A stretch of 64,000 nt of DNA, from positions 288,001 to 352,000 of the IMG/VR virus record IMGVR_UViG_3300045988_170943; one strand, given 5' to 3'. Of the stretch, positions 9,766 through 19,086 are shown piece after piece (the first letter of the stretch is position 1; every line of letters begins with the position of its first letter). The translations under genes and the position numbers were made by a program. The DNA is from a virus. The notes under the pieces were generated by a model. It had not been told where the DNA came from and made no database searches. It saw only the letters and a list, made by a program, of their open reading frames with translations.

Positions 9766-10509
9766 TTGAGTCAACCAGTCACCCCCACCGATCAGACCGC
9801 AGAAGACCCAGGTGACCTCACCCAGCACATGGGCGCCCACTCGGGTAAGGTCCTCCAAGAGGACGACAACTACACCTATGAGTTGAGGTGTTTCGGCGAC
9901 CTTCAGGAAGGGGATGAGGTTGTAACCACTGGTGGAGAGTGGCAGCAGGTCGCCAGAGCCTACCCTGAGCACATACCAGTGTCCATGTATGAGGTCGAGG
10001 TGGGTGGTACCGTCATGCAGGTGTCTGGGAACCACCTGTTCTATGTGGAGTCCGACCTGGACCGTCAGTTGCACGCCAGCAGACTCAAGACGTCCGCGAA
10101 GACGATCCAGAAGCACTTGTCTCAGAAGGTGTTGGACGACCTGTGGGAGATCGTCAACGATGACAGCGGCTACGAGATCGAGATGCTTCTATCTGATATG
10201 GTGAACCTCCTGGAAGTGTCAGGGAACCTTGAAGTTGAGAACATCATCACCAGGGTCGCTGAGAGCATCGGCCCTATCAGTGAGGTCAACGTGGTCCCAG
10301 AGGACGTTGAGACCGGCCGTCGCGGCAGCGGAAGAAAGGTCGCCGGGTACGATGGGAGACGGTTCGCGCAGCAATTTCTGTCCCTGACCGGGATCCGCAA
10401 GTACCGAAAAAGGTGGCCTGTCATTGTCGGCAGGGTCGTCACCACTGAGGAGATGCTGAACCTTATGGAGTCGTTCAACGTACACCTACCAAACCCACCC
10501 AAACACTAG
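9766..10509 (+). CDS. hypothetical protein with possible Hint (intein/hedgehog-like) fold
   Basis: CFGDLQEGDEVVTTGGEWQQV ... VSGNHLFYV resembles Hint block A and TxxH block B; weak. Confidence 0.45.
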   Translation: MSQPVTPTDQTAEDPGDLTQHMGAHSGKVLQEDDNYTYELRCFGDLQEGDEVVTTGGEWQQVARAYPEHIPVSMYEVEVGGTVMQVSGNHLFYVESDLDRQLHASRLKTSAKTIQKHLSQKVLDDLWEIVNDDSGYEIEMLLSDMVNLLEVSGNLEVENIITRVAESIGPISEVNVVPEDVETGRRGSGRKVAGYDGRRFAQQFLSLTGIRKYRKRWPVIVGRVVTTEEMLNLMESFNVHLPNPPKH

Positions 10510-10668
10510 CACCACCCTAATACGGCTGTCTCACGACAAGGCCCGCACACACTAAAGGCCACTCCGCCGCCCTACTCCAGCAGCAACCCCTAGACCTGGG
10601 GCACTGACAGTAGTCCCATGGGGAATAACCTGACGCGAGCCAATATTCCTACTATACAAGAGACTTTC

Positions 10669-11361
10669 ATGAATCCCAACAAACCTAGGAGAACACCTAT
10701 GAGTGCACTCACCAGCACGGCAGGGGCCATAGATTCATCCTTCACCCCGGTCTACAAGCGAGTCATAGGTTGGGTAGCCGCACAGATGGCTGTCGCCTCT
10801 CTAACTGCTCTCATCCTTGGGCCTATGATCCCTCCAACAATGATCATGGGGATCAACCTGGCTGTTGTTGCTGGCTTGATCGTCATGTCGTTTGTGCGCG
10901 TATCACCGCGTGTCGCGCCACTGATCGCCTTGATCGTACCGGCAGCGATAGGTCTGATCGTTTACGTGAGCGTCAGTCACTATTTAAACGCCGGTATGGG
11001 CGACATCGTGATCATGGCGGCCGCCTCAACCATGGTGATCTTCACTACCCTAGCGGTCATGGCTTGGCGGAGTGAACGCAGCATCGAACGCTGGTCAGGG
11101 AAGATGTTCGCCATCCTTCTGGGGCTGATCGCGCTGGGCGTCCTGAACATCTTCCTCAAGATGACGATGCTGTCGCTTATCATCTCGGGTGCGGGTGCTG
11201 TCCTGTTCTCCCTATATATCTTCATGGACATTCAGCGTATCAGAGACCTCCGACAGGATGACAACGCGACTGCGAGCATGTATGCACTCAATGTCTTCCT
11301 TGACATCGTGAACTTGTTCCTGAACCTCCTGAACATTCTGGGAATCCTCAGCCGACGATAA
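10669..11361 (+). CDS. Bax-inhibitor-1/YccA (TMBIM) family integral membrane protein
   Basis: ~7 predicted TM helices and characteristic C-terminus DIQRIRDL...LDIVNLFLNLLNILG. Confidence 0.65.
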   Translation: MNPNKPRRTPMSALTSTAGAIDSSFTPVYKRVIGWVAAQMAVASLTALILGPMIPPTMIMGINLAVVAGLIVMSFVRVSPRVAPLIALIVPAAIGLIVYVSVSHYLNAGMGDIVIMAAASTMVIFTTLAVMAWRSERSIERWSGKMFAILLGLIALGVLNIFLKMTMLSLIISGAGAVLFSLYIFMDIQRIRDLRQDDNATASMYALNVFLDIVNLFLNLLNILGILSRR

Positions 11362-11716
11362 GGTGGCAACCCAGGAGCCCTAGCAGAAGGGCTTCATCAC
11401 CAAGGGGTGCTGGCAGGTCCCAGGGCAAGAGGACTGGTCGGCACCCCAGTTCTATGCCCACATGACCCCCAGTGCGAGCAGGAGAGAAAGGAGGTCAGAT
11501 AACTGGGCTTGAATAGGAACATCATCATGGGTGAGCCCAGCATCACACTAGCGGCCACCCAGTCAACTATGATAATATGACCACGCCCCACAGTATGCAC
11601 ACAAGAGCGTCAGCATGAACTGGGGCAGGTAAGGCGGAACCCAGCAGACAGGAGCCTGGGACGCCTTACCAGACTTTACTGTCCACAGAAGGAAAACAGG
11701 ACAAAGGGCACAACCG

Positions 11717-12268
11717 ATGAACGGCATAACGGAACTAGAGAAGATGGTTTCTCGCACACAGGCCATCGTGGTTAACTCCGCGATGGAGGTAATGAGCGTG
11801 GTCCCATGGGATCGCGCCATGACACTGGTCGTGTCGAACGCGGCATACACGCTGATCCCGCGTTCAGATGGCACCCTCGTGCGCAGCCAGTTTCTCGCGC
11901 TACCTAAGCCTCTGGTTGTGTCCCTGAACAAGTATGTCCCAAAGCACCGCACCCCGCAACGCACCAACGACAGTGTTGTGACGAACGAGATGGTTCATGA
12001 GCGGGACCAGTACACGTGCCAGTACTGCGGCGTGCACGTCACTCGTAGTGAGGCCACAGTGGACCACATTCTCCCTAGGTCCAGGGGTGGACGATCCACG
12101 TGGGGGAACCTGTGCACGGCCTGCAAGCGGTGCAACAACCGGAAGGCTGACCGCACCCCACAGGAGGCCGGAATGGCTATGCCGGTCATCCCGGACTGGG
12201 GTGCAGTCAACAAGGGTAAGGCCCTCCAGGATGCCCTCTACGAGATCATCTCAGATTCCTGGAAATAG
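11717..12268 (+). CDS. HNH endonuclease
   Basis: CQYCG...DHILPRSRGG...NLCTACKRCNNRK (HNH with Zn-ribbon Cys pairs). Confidence 0.8.
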   Translation: MNGITELEKMVSRTQAIVVNSAMEVMSVVPWDRAMTLVVSNAAYTLIPRSDGTLVRSQFLALPKPLVVSLNKYVPKHRTPQRTNDSVVTNEMVHERDQYTCQYCGVHVTRSEATVDHILPRSRGGRSTWGNLCTACKRCNNRKADRTPQEAGMAMPVIPDWGAVNKGKALQDALYEIISDSWK

Positions 12269-12476
12269 GGGCGAGATAGAGGTAGGGGAGCAGGTGCACG
12301 CCCTCAAGGCGTCATGATCTACCTGCCTCTACACGCCCCATGATTGACCCTAAACACACACCCTAAAATGGGGTTCACACGGCCCAGGCAGATCACCTCA
12401 ACATGGTCGCTGCCTGGGCCGTAGCCATGAACACCCTTGACAAACCCCACATACTCCCCTACAATACTCCCCAGAT

Positions 12477-15338
12477 ATGTCAACCAAACGAGACGGAGAA
12501 CACATGAGAGAACACGACCCCAAGGTACTTGTGTCTCCGCCTCGCGCGTCCAGGATTCTTCGCCCGCTCATCAATGCCACCGAAGAGAAGGACATTGAGC
12601 ACGCATGGCGGACCCTTCTGGAGGACGGCCTCAAGAAAGCCGTGAAACAGGACGGCGGAACAATCGGCGACGGGTTCGTGTCCACCATCGGTGACGTCAA
12701 GACTGACGGATACATGACCGTCACCACCCCCACAGGCAATTACGGTGTGTTGCTGGAGACGAAGATCAGGAAGGCTCTCACTGGCCCCACCAACACGGAC
12801 ACCAGGGCCAAGATCCTCACCCAGGTCACATACTATGTCCACAATCTCTCAGCGGAGGCTAAACCATCACCGAAAGTCATTATCGTCGCTGATGAGGACG
12901 AGGTGTTTCTCCTGGATGGGGACCTACTGACACCACTCGCTAACCAGACGTGGGATGATGACCCTAAATGGGAAGCAACCCCGTCCAGGGGCTATGACGT
13001 CAACACAGGGCTCTACAACCACCTGAGGAACCTTCAAACCGTGGCTGCCATGCCAGTCTATGAGGTCACCAACCCAAGCGAGGGTGTGGTCCTGAATGCA
13101 GACACGTTCATCAAGGCTGTTCACACCATGGGACAAGGCGGCACCTGTGAGATCATGCGCCATAAGGTTACTGTACGGGACCTGGAGAAAGAGTTTCAAC
13201 GGTTCCACCTGAGCGTGTTCTCAGGTGTCACGGGCCGGGGCGCCTCCAAAAGGCAGATGGCCGTGTTCACCAAGACAATTCTCGGTGATGACACCATTAA
13301 GGTGAAGGACTCTCGCCGCAACACCTGCACTATCACCACGAGTGACGGGAAGACCCTGACTGTGAACGCCATGGATGGGTTCAACGCCTTGGAGTACGAG
13401 ACGTGGCGGCAGGAGCATGCTTGTGGTGCATACACCCCCCAGGAGCGACAGGACATCACCTCCATCTGCGACCGGCTACTGGAGGATGCGGAGCGGCGCT
13501 GGACCGGAGAGTTTTGGACTCCTGAGATCTGGGCTGACCGTATGCGCATCATGGTAGCAGACCACCTAGGAGAGGACTGGACCAGCAAGTACGTCATCTG
13601 GGACCCTGCCTGTGGCTCCAAGAACCTCACCCAAGGGGCAACTTTCGGGCAGCAACAGAAGAATGAGAACCTATACCTTTCAACCCTGTTCAGTGAGGAA
13701 CTGAGTATCGCTGAGGGCATCAACCTGGGCGCGACGGTCTTCCAGCACGACTTCCTCAACGACCCACTGGAGCCCCCTGCAAGCCCCACAGAGCCCACAG
13801 GGGTACCCCAGGCAGGTTACGACACGTGCAGTATGCCACAGCCTAGCACGAGCCTCCAGAACAGCCCACAGGGTGCGACGGCAGGGTTACCGGCGGGCCT
13901 CCTGAATGCACTCAAAGCCAACAAGCCTATCATCATCATCGGTAACCCTCCCTATGGGACCAGCGGAGACCCCAGGAGCAGCAACAAAACCGGGGTAGCC
14001 GACACCACCACCCGCCGCTCCATGATTCACGCCAACGCCGGAGGTCACGCCGCACAAGAACTCTACGCCCAGTTCTACTACCGTGCCGCCCAGATCGCAA
14101 GACACTACGGGTACACCAGCGACTTCCACATCGTTTTCTTCTCCAAGGTGTTCATGACCTCACCCGCACACGAGAAGTTCCTGACCAACCTCACCAGCGA
14201 CTTCACCTACCGAGGCGGGTTCATGCTCAACTCCGGCGAGTTCAACGGGGCCAGCCGGAAGTTCCCCATCATCTGCTCCCACTGGGCACTCGACACTACA
14301 CCAAGCCATGAGCCACAGGTAAGTTTCGATGTGCAAGTCCTCAAGACACAGAAAACCAGGACCGACGTCACAATCACTGACGCGGGAACCAGAACCATCC
14401 GACACGTACAAGATCACGAACGCCTGTCCAAGATGATTCCCGCCCCCACCGGCGACCACATGGAATACGGCACCTACCCTGTAACCAGCAACGGCTTCCA
14501 TGACACCAACAGCACCAGCCCCATACGGGGAAGGTGGGCGCATGGGGCACTCGGATACCTCCAGAAACGCGACAGCGTGGGCGGATCCTACCTCCGAACC
14601 TCCATGCTCACCACAGCCCGCAGACACGGGGATGGCATCATTGTTGACCCAGGGAACTTCACTGAGGCGTGCATGATAATGGGCGTACTCAAGGCCGCGT
14701 TCCTGCACATCCGCGCCAACAAGGAACTCTGGGTGCGAGACAAAGACATCTTCACCCGCCTGCCTGAGCAGTGGACCCGCACCCCCGGCTACAAGACCTT
14801 CCAAACAGACGCAGTGATCTACTCCCTGTTCACAACCGGTAGTTACCAAACCTCACTCGGCAACTACCAGTCACAAGACCAGCAGTGGGACATCCGAAAC
14901 CAGTTCTTCCCTCTCACCAGCCATTTCATGCAGGACATTGCCAGCCGCAACCTCGACGACGGCGGCCACGAAATCCTCCAAGCCATGCAGGAAGACCACC
15001 AGGACCGGTACGCCGCCACATGGATCCAAAAGCAGGAGAAGGCAGGCCACCTCACTTCTGAAGCCAAGGATCTTCTGAACACGTGGTCCAAGATCATCGA
15101 AGCGTCCTTCAAGTACCGGATCATCTACGCCAACACACCCAGAAGAACCGAACAGGGGCTAGAACGCTGGGACGCCGGGTTCATGCAGATTCACCGAATG
15201 TGCCGCAGCGACGACAGGTTCCTCCTCGACGCCAAGATCGACAAGAAGTTACAGGCGCTCTGGGATGACTTCGACCAACAGTATGCCGCAATGGGAGAAA
15301 GAATCTGGGACACGTATACCCAACATGCAGGGTTCTAA
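12477..15338 (+). CDS. gamma-class N6-adenine DNA methyltransferase, 953 aa, MmeI-like single-chain Type IIL/IIG architecture (possible N-terminal PD-ExK nuclease)
   Basis: motif I VIWDPACGSKN then motif IV IIIGNPPYGTSGD (order I then IV means gamma class); N-terminal D...VLLETKIRK possible D-ExK; large C-terminal region could be a target-recognition domain. Confidence 0.7.
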   Translation: MSTKRDGEHMREHDPKVLVSPPRASRILRPLINATEEKDIEHAWRTLLEDGLKKAVKQDGGTIGDGFVSTIGDVKTDGYMTVTTPTGNYGVLLETKIRKALTGPTNTDTRAKILTQVTYYVHNLSAEAKPSPKVIIVADEDEVFLLDGDLLTPLANQTWDDDPKWEATPSRGYDVNTGLYNHLRNLQTVAAMPVYEVTNPSEGVVLNADTFIKAVHTMGQGGTCEIMRHKVTVRDLEKEFQRFHLSVFSGVTGRGASKRQMAVFTKTILGDDTIKVKDSRRNTCTITTSDGKTLTVNAMDGFNALEYETWRQEHACGAYTPQERQDITSICDRLLEDAERRWTGEFWTPEIWADRMRIMVADHLGEDWTSKYVIWDPACGSKNLTQGATFGQQQKNENLYLSTLFSEELSIAEGINLGATVFQHDFLNDPLEPPASPTEPTGVPQAGYDTCSMPQPSTSLQNSPQGATAGLPAGLLNALKANKPIIIIGNPPYGTSGDPRSSNKTGVADTTTRRSMIHANAGGHAAQELYAQFYYRAAQIARHYGYTSDFHIVFFSKVFMTSPAHEKFLTNLTSDFTYRGGFMLNSGEFNGASRKFPIICSHWALDTTPSHEPQVSFDVQVLKTQKTRTDVTITDAGTRTIRHVQDHERLSKMIPAPTGDHMEYGTYPVTSNGFHDTNSTSPIRGRWAHGALGYLQKRDSVGGSYLRTSMLTTARRHGDGIIVDPGNFTEACMIMGVLKAAFLHIRANKELWVRDKDIFTRLPEQWTRTPGYKTFQTDAVIYSLFTTGSYQTSLGNYQSQDQQWDIRNQFFPLTSHFMQDIASRNLDDGGHEILQAMQEDHQDRYAATWIQKQEKAGHLTSEAKDLLNTWSKIIEASFKYRIIYANTPRRTEQGLERWDAGFMQIHRMCRSDDRFLLDAKIDKKLQALWDDFDQQYAAMGERIWDTYTQHAGF

Positions 15339-15508
15339 TCCCATCAGCCGCACCCTCTTCCTGCCTGCAACCACAAGTCGCCTCTAATCGGCTTTACTGG
15401 CGCACATCACACCACACGTACCAGAGGGGGCCTTGACTCAACTAGGCCCCACTGGTACCATCTGGAGCAGATTGCCAGCAATAGGGCACCCAAGAAAGGA
15501 ACACTGGG

Positions 15509-17758
15509 GTGAGCGATAGCGCGAAGGGCCGTCAGATCAGCGACGTTGAGGCGTGGTCTATCGAACAGCGGGCATACGACATTCTCACAGGGCGTCGTAT
15601 CCGGCCACTGAACAAGTACGAGCAGAAGGTGTACGCGGACATCATCACCCGAGCCACATCTGACGGTTGGTTTCCGTCATTCAAGATGGGGTTCGCAGTG
15701 CTGGTGCCATTCATGGACGCTACTGCTCGAACCGCGTATGTTGATCAGTATGGCAGACTTGGACTGTCGTATGAACTGATTTACGCTCTTCCTTTCGAGG
15801 AGCAGGTGACCATCATTGTGCATGAGGTAATGCACATGCTCAGCAACCACATTACCCGCGGCAAGGCACTAGGTTTTGCGGACCTCCTGGACTGCAACAT
15901 CGTGAGCGACCTGGAAGTTAACACGGCCCTTGAGCGGTCCCCCAAGGCAGTACTCACGACAGGGATCCTTCCACAGAACTACAATCTTCCAGTCATGAAG
16001 ACCATGGAATGGTACTTCAAAAACTGGAACGACGACTTGACGGAACTGAAAGAACGTCAGCAGGAGGACCCCACCAATGGTCTCCCAAAGCCCCGCATGT
16101 CGCCGCTACCTAGCCAGGATGGCAGTAATGATCCCAAGGAGGATAGCGGCCAGCAGCCCAACCAGGACGCGGGCGACAACCCAGGGGGTGATTCTCAAAG
16201 CCAGGACAATAGTCAGGGTGATGGCGACAGTCCCCAGGAAGACGACTGCAACCAGGGTGATGACCCTGACAGCAATGAAGACACCCAGGCGAAACCTGAC
16301 AGCCAAGACAGAGCCCCTACCCAAGAGGGCTCTCAGGATGACACCAGCGGCGACCCCACAGACACCAGTGCCAACAGTAGCGAAGATTCCAACAACCGCC
16401 AGGACACCCCGAGTAACGACAGTGACTCGCAAGAACAGGGAGACAACCAGAGATCTGACTCTCAGGCCAGCAACAACCCGCAACAGGACGATTCTGAGCA
16501 GGGGCAGTGTAGTACACCTGACGGAGCCCAGGGCGAGGACAGTACCGGTTCCACTGGCAACAGTGGTGGAAACCAGCAGGGCTCATCTTCTGGCTCTAGC
16601 GGCCTTAACGAGGCGGGAAACTCTGACACAGCCACAGGAGACAACCCCAACAGGAACAGTCACTCTGACCCCAATGCGAGGGGAGACAGTCCTGGCGGAA
16701 ACTCTAGCAGCAACACCCTAGGCGGGAATGGTAGCAGTCCTAGCAGTGCGGACAGCGACAGTGGTCCAGTGACACCGCAGATTCCCATGTCACCCGAGTT
16801 CCCCAACGATCAGGACCAGGGGGCCAGTAACGGTTCCCGACTGGCCGCCAACCTTGACCAGATTCCAGGCGCACTAGGGGACGTTCTAAGGAACTACAAG
16901 CAGGAGATCCTTGAACGTCGGCTCAAACAGGCACCCAACCGCACCCACATGTGCGACAACCCCAGTGAAGCACGCGAAAGCGAGGCTGACGATGCGGGGA
17001 TCTACCGACAGAGCGTGTCCGCACAGAATAACGCCCGCGACAACGTTCGAGCCGAGTTGAAGAATGAGATCGCCTCCGGTAAGGCCGCCGGTAACGGGAC
17101 AGCAAACTTCGTTACCGCAATGGTGAACCTCATGGCCCCACCGAAGGTGGCCTGGCAGGACATTTTCAGGAGAAAAACCAGCCGCGTTGTTGGTGACCTC
17201 GTGGTTGGTAAGAACGTCAAGACCTACACGCGCACAGACCGCCGTTATGGGGGCGGTAGGGGGCAGGCTATCTTCCCCGGCAAGAAGAACATCGCTATCA
17301 AGGTGACAGTTGGGGTTGATCAGTCCGGTTCCATTGACGGTGACGACAATCGTCGCATGCTGGGAGAGGTCGCCGGAATCCTCAAGGAAGCAACAAAGGC
17401 GACACACGACGGTATCAAGTTCTTCACCGTGGACACCGAGGTGAAGAACATTCAACCAGTCAAGCGGCTCGAAGACCTTAAACTGATCGGTGGTGGCGGC
17501 ACAAGGATGGGGGCGGCCTTCGAGTACGTCAACAGCCTCCCCCCGAGGGATCGTCCTGACCTGTTCGTTCTTGCCACTGACGGATTCCTGCTCGACGAAG
17601 ACTGGGAGAACATCTATAGGCATGTGACAAGAACCCACAATGGGCGACTCCTGTACCGGACAGTCATCCTTGTCACCAACAAGGAGCGCTACGACGCATG
17701 CCCCATTAAGGTGAAGAACGCTACTACGGTCATCTGTATCGACGACGGGGATGAGTGA
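15509..17758 (+). CDS. VWA-domain protein with N-terminal HExxH metallopeptidase-like domain and long acidic/Ser-rich disordered linker
   Basis: HEVMHMLSNH; MIDAS motif VGVDQSGSI; GTG start; ~280-aa D/S/Q/N-rich low-complexity region. Confidence 0.7.
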   Translation: MSDSAKGRQISDVEAWSIEQRAYDILTGRRIRPLNKYEQKVYADIITRATSDGWFPSFKMGFAVLVPFMDATARTAYVDQYGRLGLSYELIYALPFEEQVTIIVHEVMHMLSNHITRGKALGFADLLDCNIVSDLEVNTALERSPKAVLTTGILPQNYNLPVMKTMEWYFKNWNDDLTELKERQQEDPTNGLPKPRMSPLPSQDGSNDPKEDSGQQPNQDAGDNPGGDSQSQDNSQGDGDSPQEDDCNQGDDPDSNEDTQAKPDSQDRAPTQEGSQDDTSGDPTDTSANSSEDSNNRQDTPSNDSDSQEQGDNQRSDSQASNNPQQDDSEQGQCSTPDGAQGEDSTGSTGNSGGNQQGSSSGSSGLNEAGNSDTATGDNPNRNSHSDPNARGDSPGGNSSSNTLGGNGSSPSSADSDSGPVTPQIPMSPEFPNDQDQGASNGSRLAANLDQIPGALGDVLRNYKQEILERRLKQAPNRTHMCDNPSEARESEADDAGIYRQSVSAQNNARDNVRAELKNEIASGKAAGNGTANFVTAMVNLMAPPKVAWQDIFRRKTSRVVGDLVVGKNVKTYTRTDRRYGGGRGQAIFPGKKNIAIKVTVGVDQSGSIDGDDNRRMLGEVAGILKEATKATHDGIKFFTVDTEVKNIQPVKRLEDLKLIGGGGTRMGAAFEYVNSLPPRDRPDLFVLATDGFLLDEDWENIYRHVTRTHNGRLLYRTVILVTNKERYDACPIKVKNATTVICIDDGDE

Positions 17759-17768
17759 CCTCAACACT

Positions 17769-17851
17769 ATAGGGGCACCTGCTCACACACGCGGTTTCGG
17801 TAACCTGTCCTCGTACCAGGAAACCAACAAGCGTGAGCAGGTGCCCCTATG
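17769..17851 (+). promoter_or_regulatory. perfect 18-bp inverted repeat whose 3' arm covers the recA SD and ATG
   Basis: ataggggcacctgctcac ...46 nt... gtgagcaggtgcccctATG. Confidence 0.55.
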
Positions 17852-19006
17852 CCAAGACAAGCCATCGCCGACAAGACCCTAAATAAGGTCGCAGAACTAG
17901 AGAAGTTCATGAAGTCCCTAAACAAGAACAGTAAGTTCAGGGGGTACAGCGACTCTGATCTTGTCACCAAGTTGGGTGCCAACCCTCCAAAGGTTGAGAC
18001 CATCTCCACTGGCAGCCTCACCCTAGATCAGGCTCTCGGTGGCGGCTTCGGTAAGGGTAGGCTGATCGAAATCTACGGCCCAGAAAGTTCCGGTAAGACA
18101 TCCGTAGCCCTCACCGCTATCGGCAACGTCCAACGGGAGGGCGGCACAGCACTATTCGTGGACGTCGAGTATGCTCTCGATCCCGTATACGCACGCAAAC
18201 TCGGTGTAGACACAAGCACCCTGTTCCTCGCCCAACCAGACACAGCCGAGATGGCGCTGGACCTCATCGAAGAGGTCGCCGGTTCAGGGAGCGCAGACAT
18301 CATCGTCCTAGACTCTATTGCCGCACTCACCCCAAAGGCCGAATTGGAAGGCAGCGCTGAAGACGTGACAGTCGGCCTTATTGCCCGCCTCCTGTCCAAG
18401 CAACTACGCAAACTTGTCGCTATCGCATCAAGGAATAAGAGCACCATCATCTTCATCAACCAGACGCGAGACAAGATCGGCGGATTCTCACCATACGGCA
18501 CCCCACAGACAACCCCCGGCGGCAAGGCTCCCAAGTACTACGCCACCCAGAGGATCAAAGTAGCCCGGGTTGGGAAACCAGACCTCTTCAAGGAAGGCCC
18601 CAACAAGGGGCTGCCCCGAAGCGTCAGAGTCAAGTACACTGTCGAGAAGAACAAGATCGCCCCACCGTTCCGCACCGCAGAAAGCGTCCTGGAATGGAGC
18701 CGCGGCATCAACCAGGCCGCAGAACTGTTCAACGTCGGCAAGGACTACGGCATCCTCGAAGGTGGCAGTGGCGGGCGATACAACCTTCCTGACACAGACT
18801 TCAAACTCCCAGTCGGTGCAGACAAGATTATCCACGAGATCGAAACCAACAAAGAACTCTTCGCCACACTGGAAGAAAGAGTCAGAGACGCCATCGAGAA
18901 GTCATTCAACGAGGAGGTCACCCCGATCCAGGAAGACGATCCCAGTGTTGAGGATGAGCCGCTAGAAGACCTCGAACCGGAAGAGACAGCAAACGCAGAA
19001 TGGTGA
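17849..19006 (+). CDS. recA: RecA recombinase
   Basis: LDQALGGGFGKGRLIEIYGPESSGKTSVAL, FVDVEYALDP, IIVLDSIAAL, canonical bacterial RecA. Confidence 0.9.
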   Translation: MPRQAIADKTLNKVAELEKFMKSLNKNSKFRGYSDSDLVTKLGANPPKVETISTGSLTLDQALGGGFGKGRLIEIYGPESSGKTSVALTAIGNVQREGGTALFVDVEYALDPVYARKLGVDTSTLFLAQPDTAEMALDLIEEVAGSGSADIIVLDSIAALTPKAELEGSAEDVTVGLIARLLSKQLRKLVAIASRNKSTIIFINQTRDKIGGFSPYGTPQTTPGGKAPKYYATQRIKVARVGKPDLFKEGPNKGLPRSVRVKYTVEKNKIAPPFRTAESVLEWSRGINQAAELFNVGKDYGILEGGSGGRYNLPDTDFKLPVGADKIIHEIETNKELFATLEERVRDAIEKSFNEEVTPIQEDDPSVEDEPLEDLEPEETANAEW

Positions 19007-19037
19007 CAATAGTCACCACAGGAAACTGAACATCCTA

Positions 19038-19079
19038 CATGGTGGGCACCTAGGAACATTGACCTGGGTGCCCACCATG
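19038..19079 (+). terminator. stem-loop downstream of recA (13-bp stem), possible terminator/processing site
   Basis: catggtgggcacc ... gggtgcccaccatg; no clear T-tract. Confidence 0.35.
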
Positions 19080-19086
19080 TGCTATC

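Noticed and set aside
16077-16721. Alternative-frame ORFs (214 aa + strand and several minus-strand) inside the VWA gene
   Set aside because: They lie within the low-complexity acidic/Ser-rich coding region of the 749-aa VWA ORF; repetitive codons create long open frames in other phases
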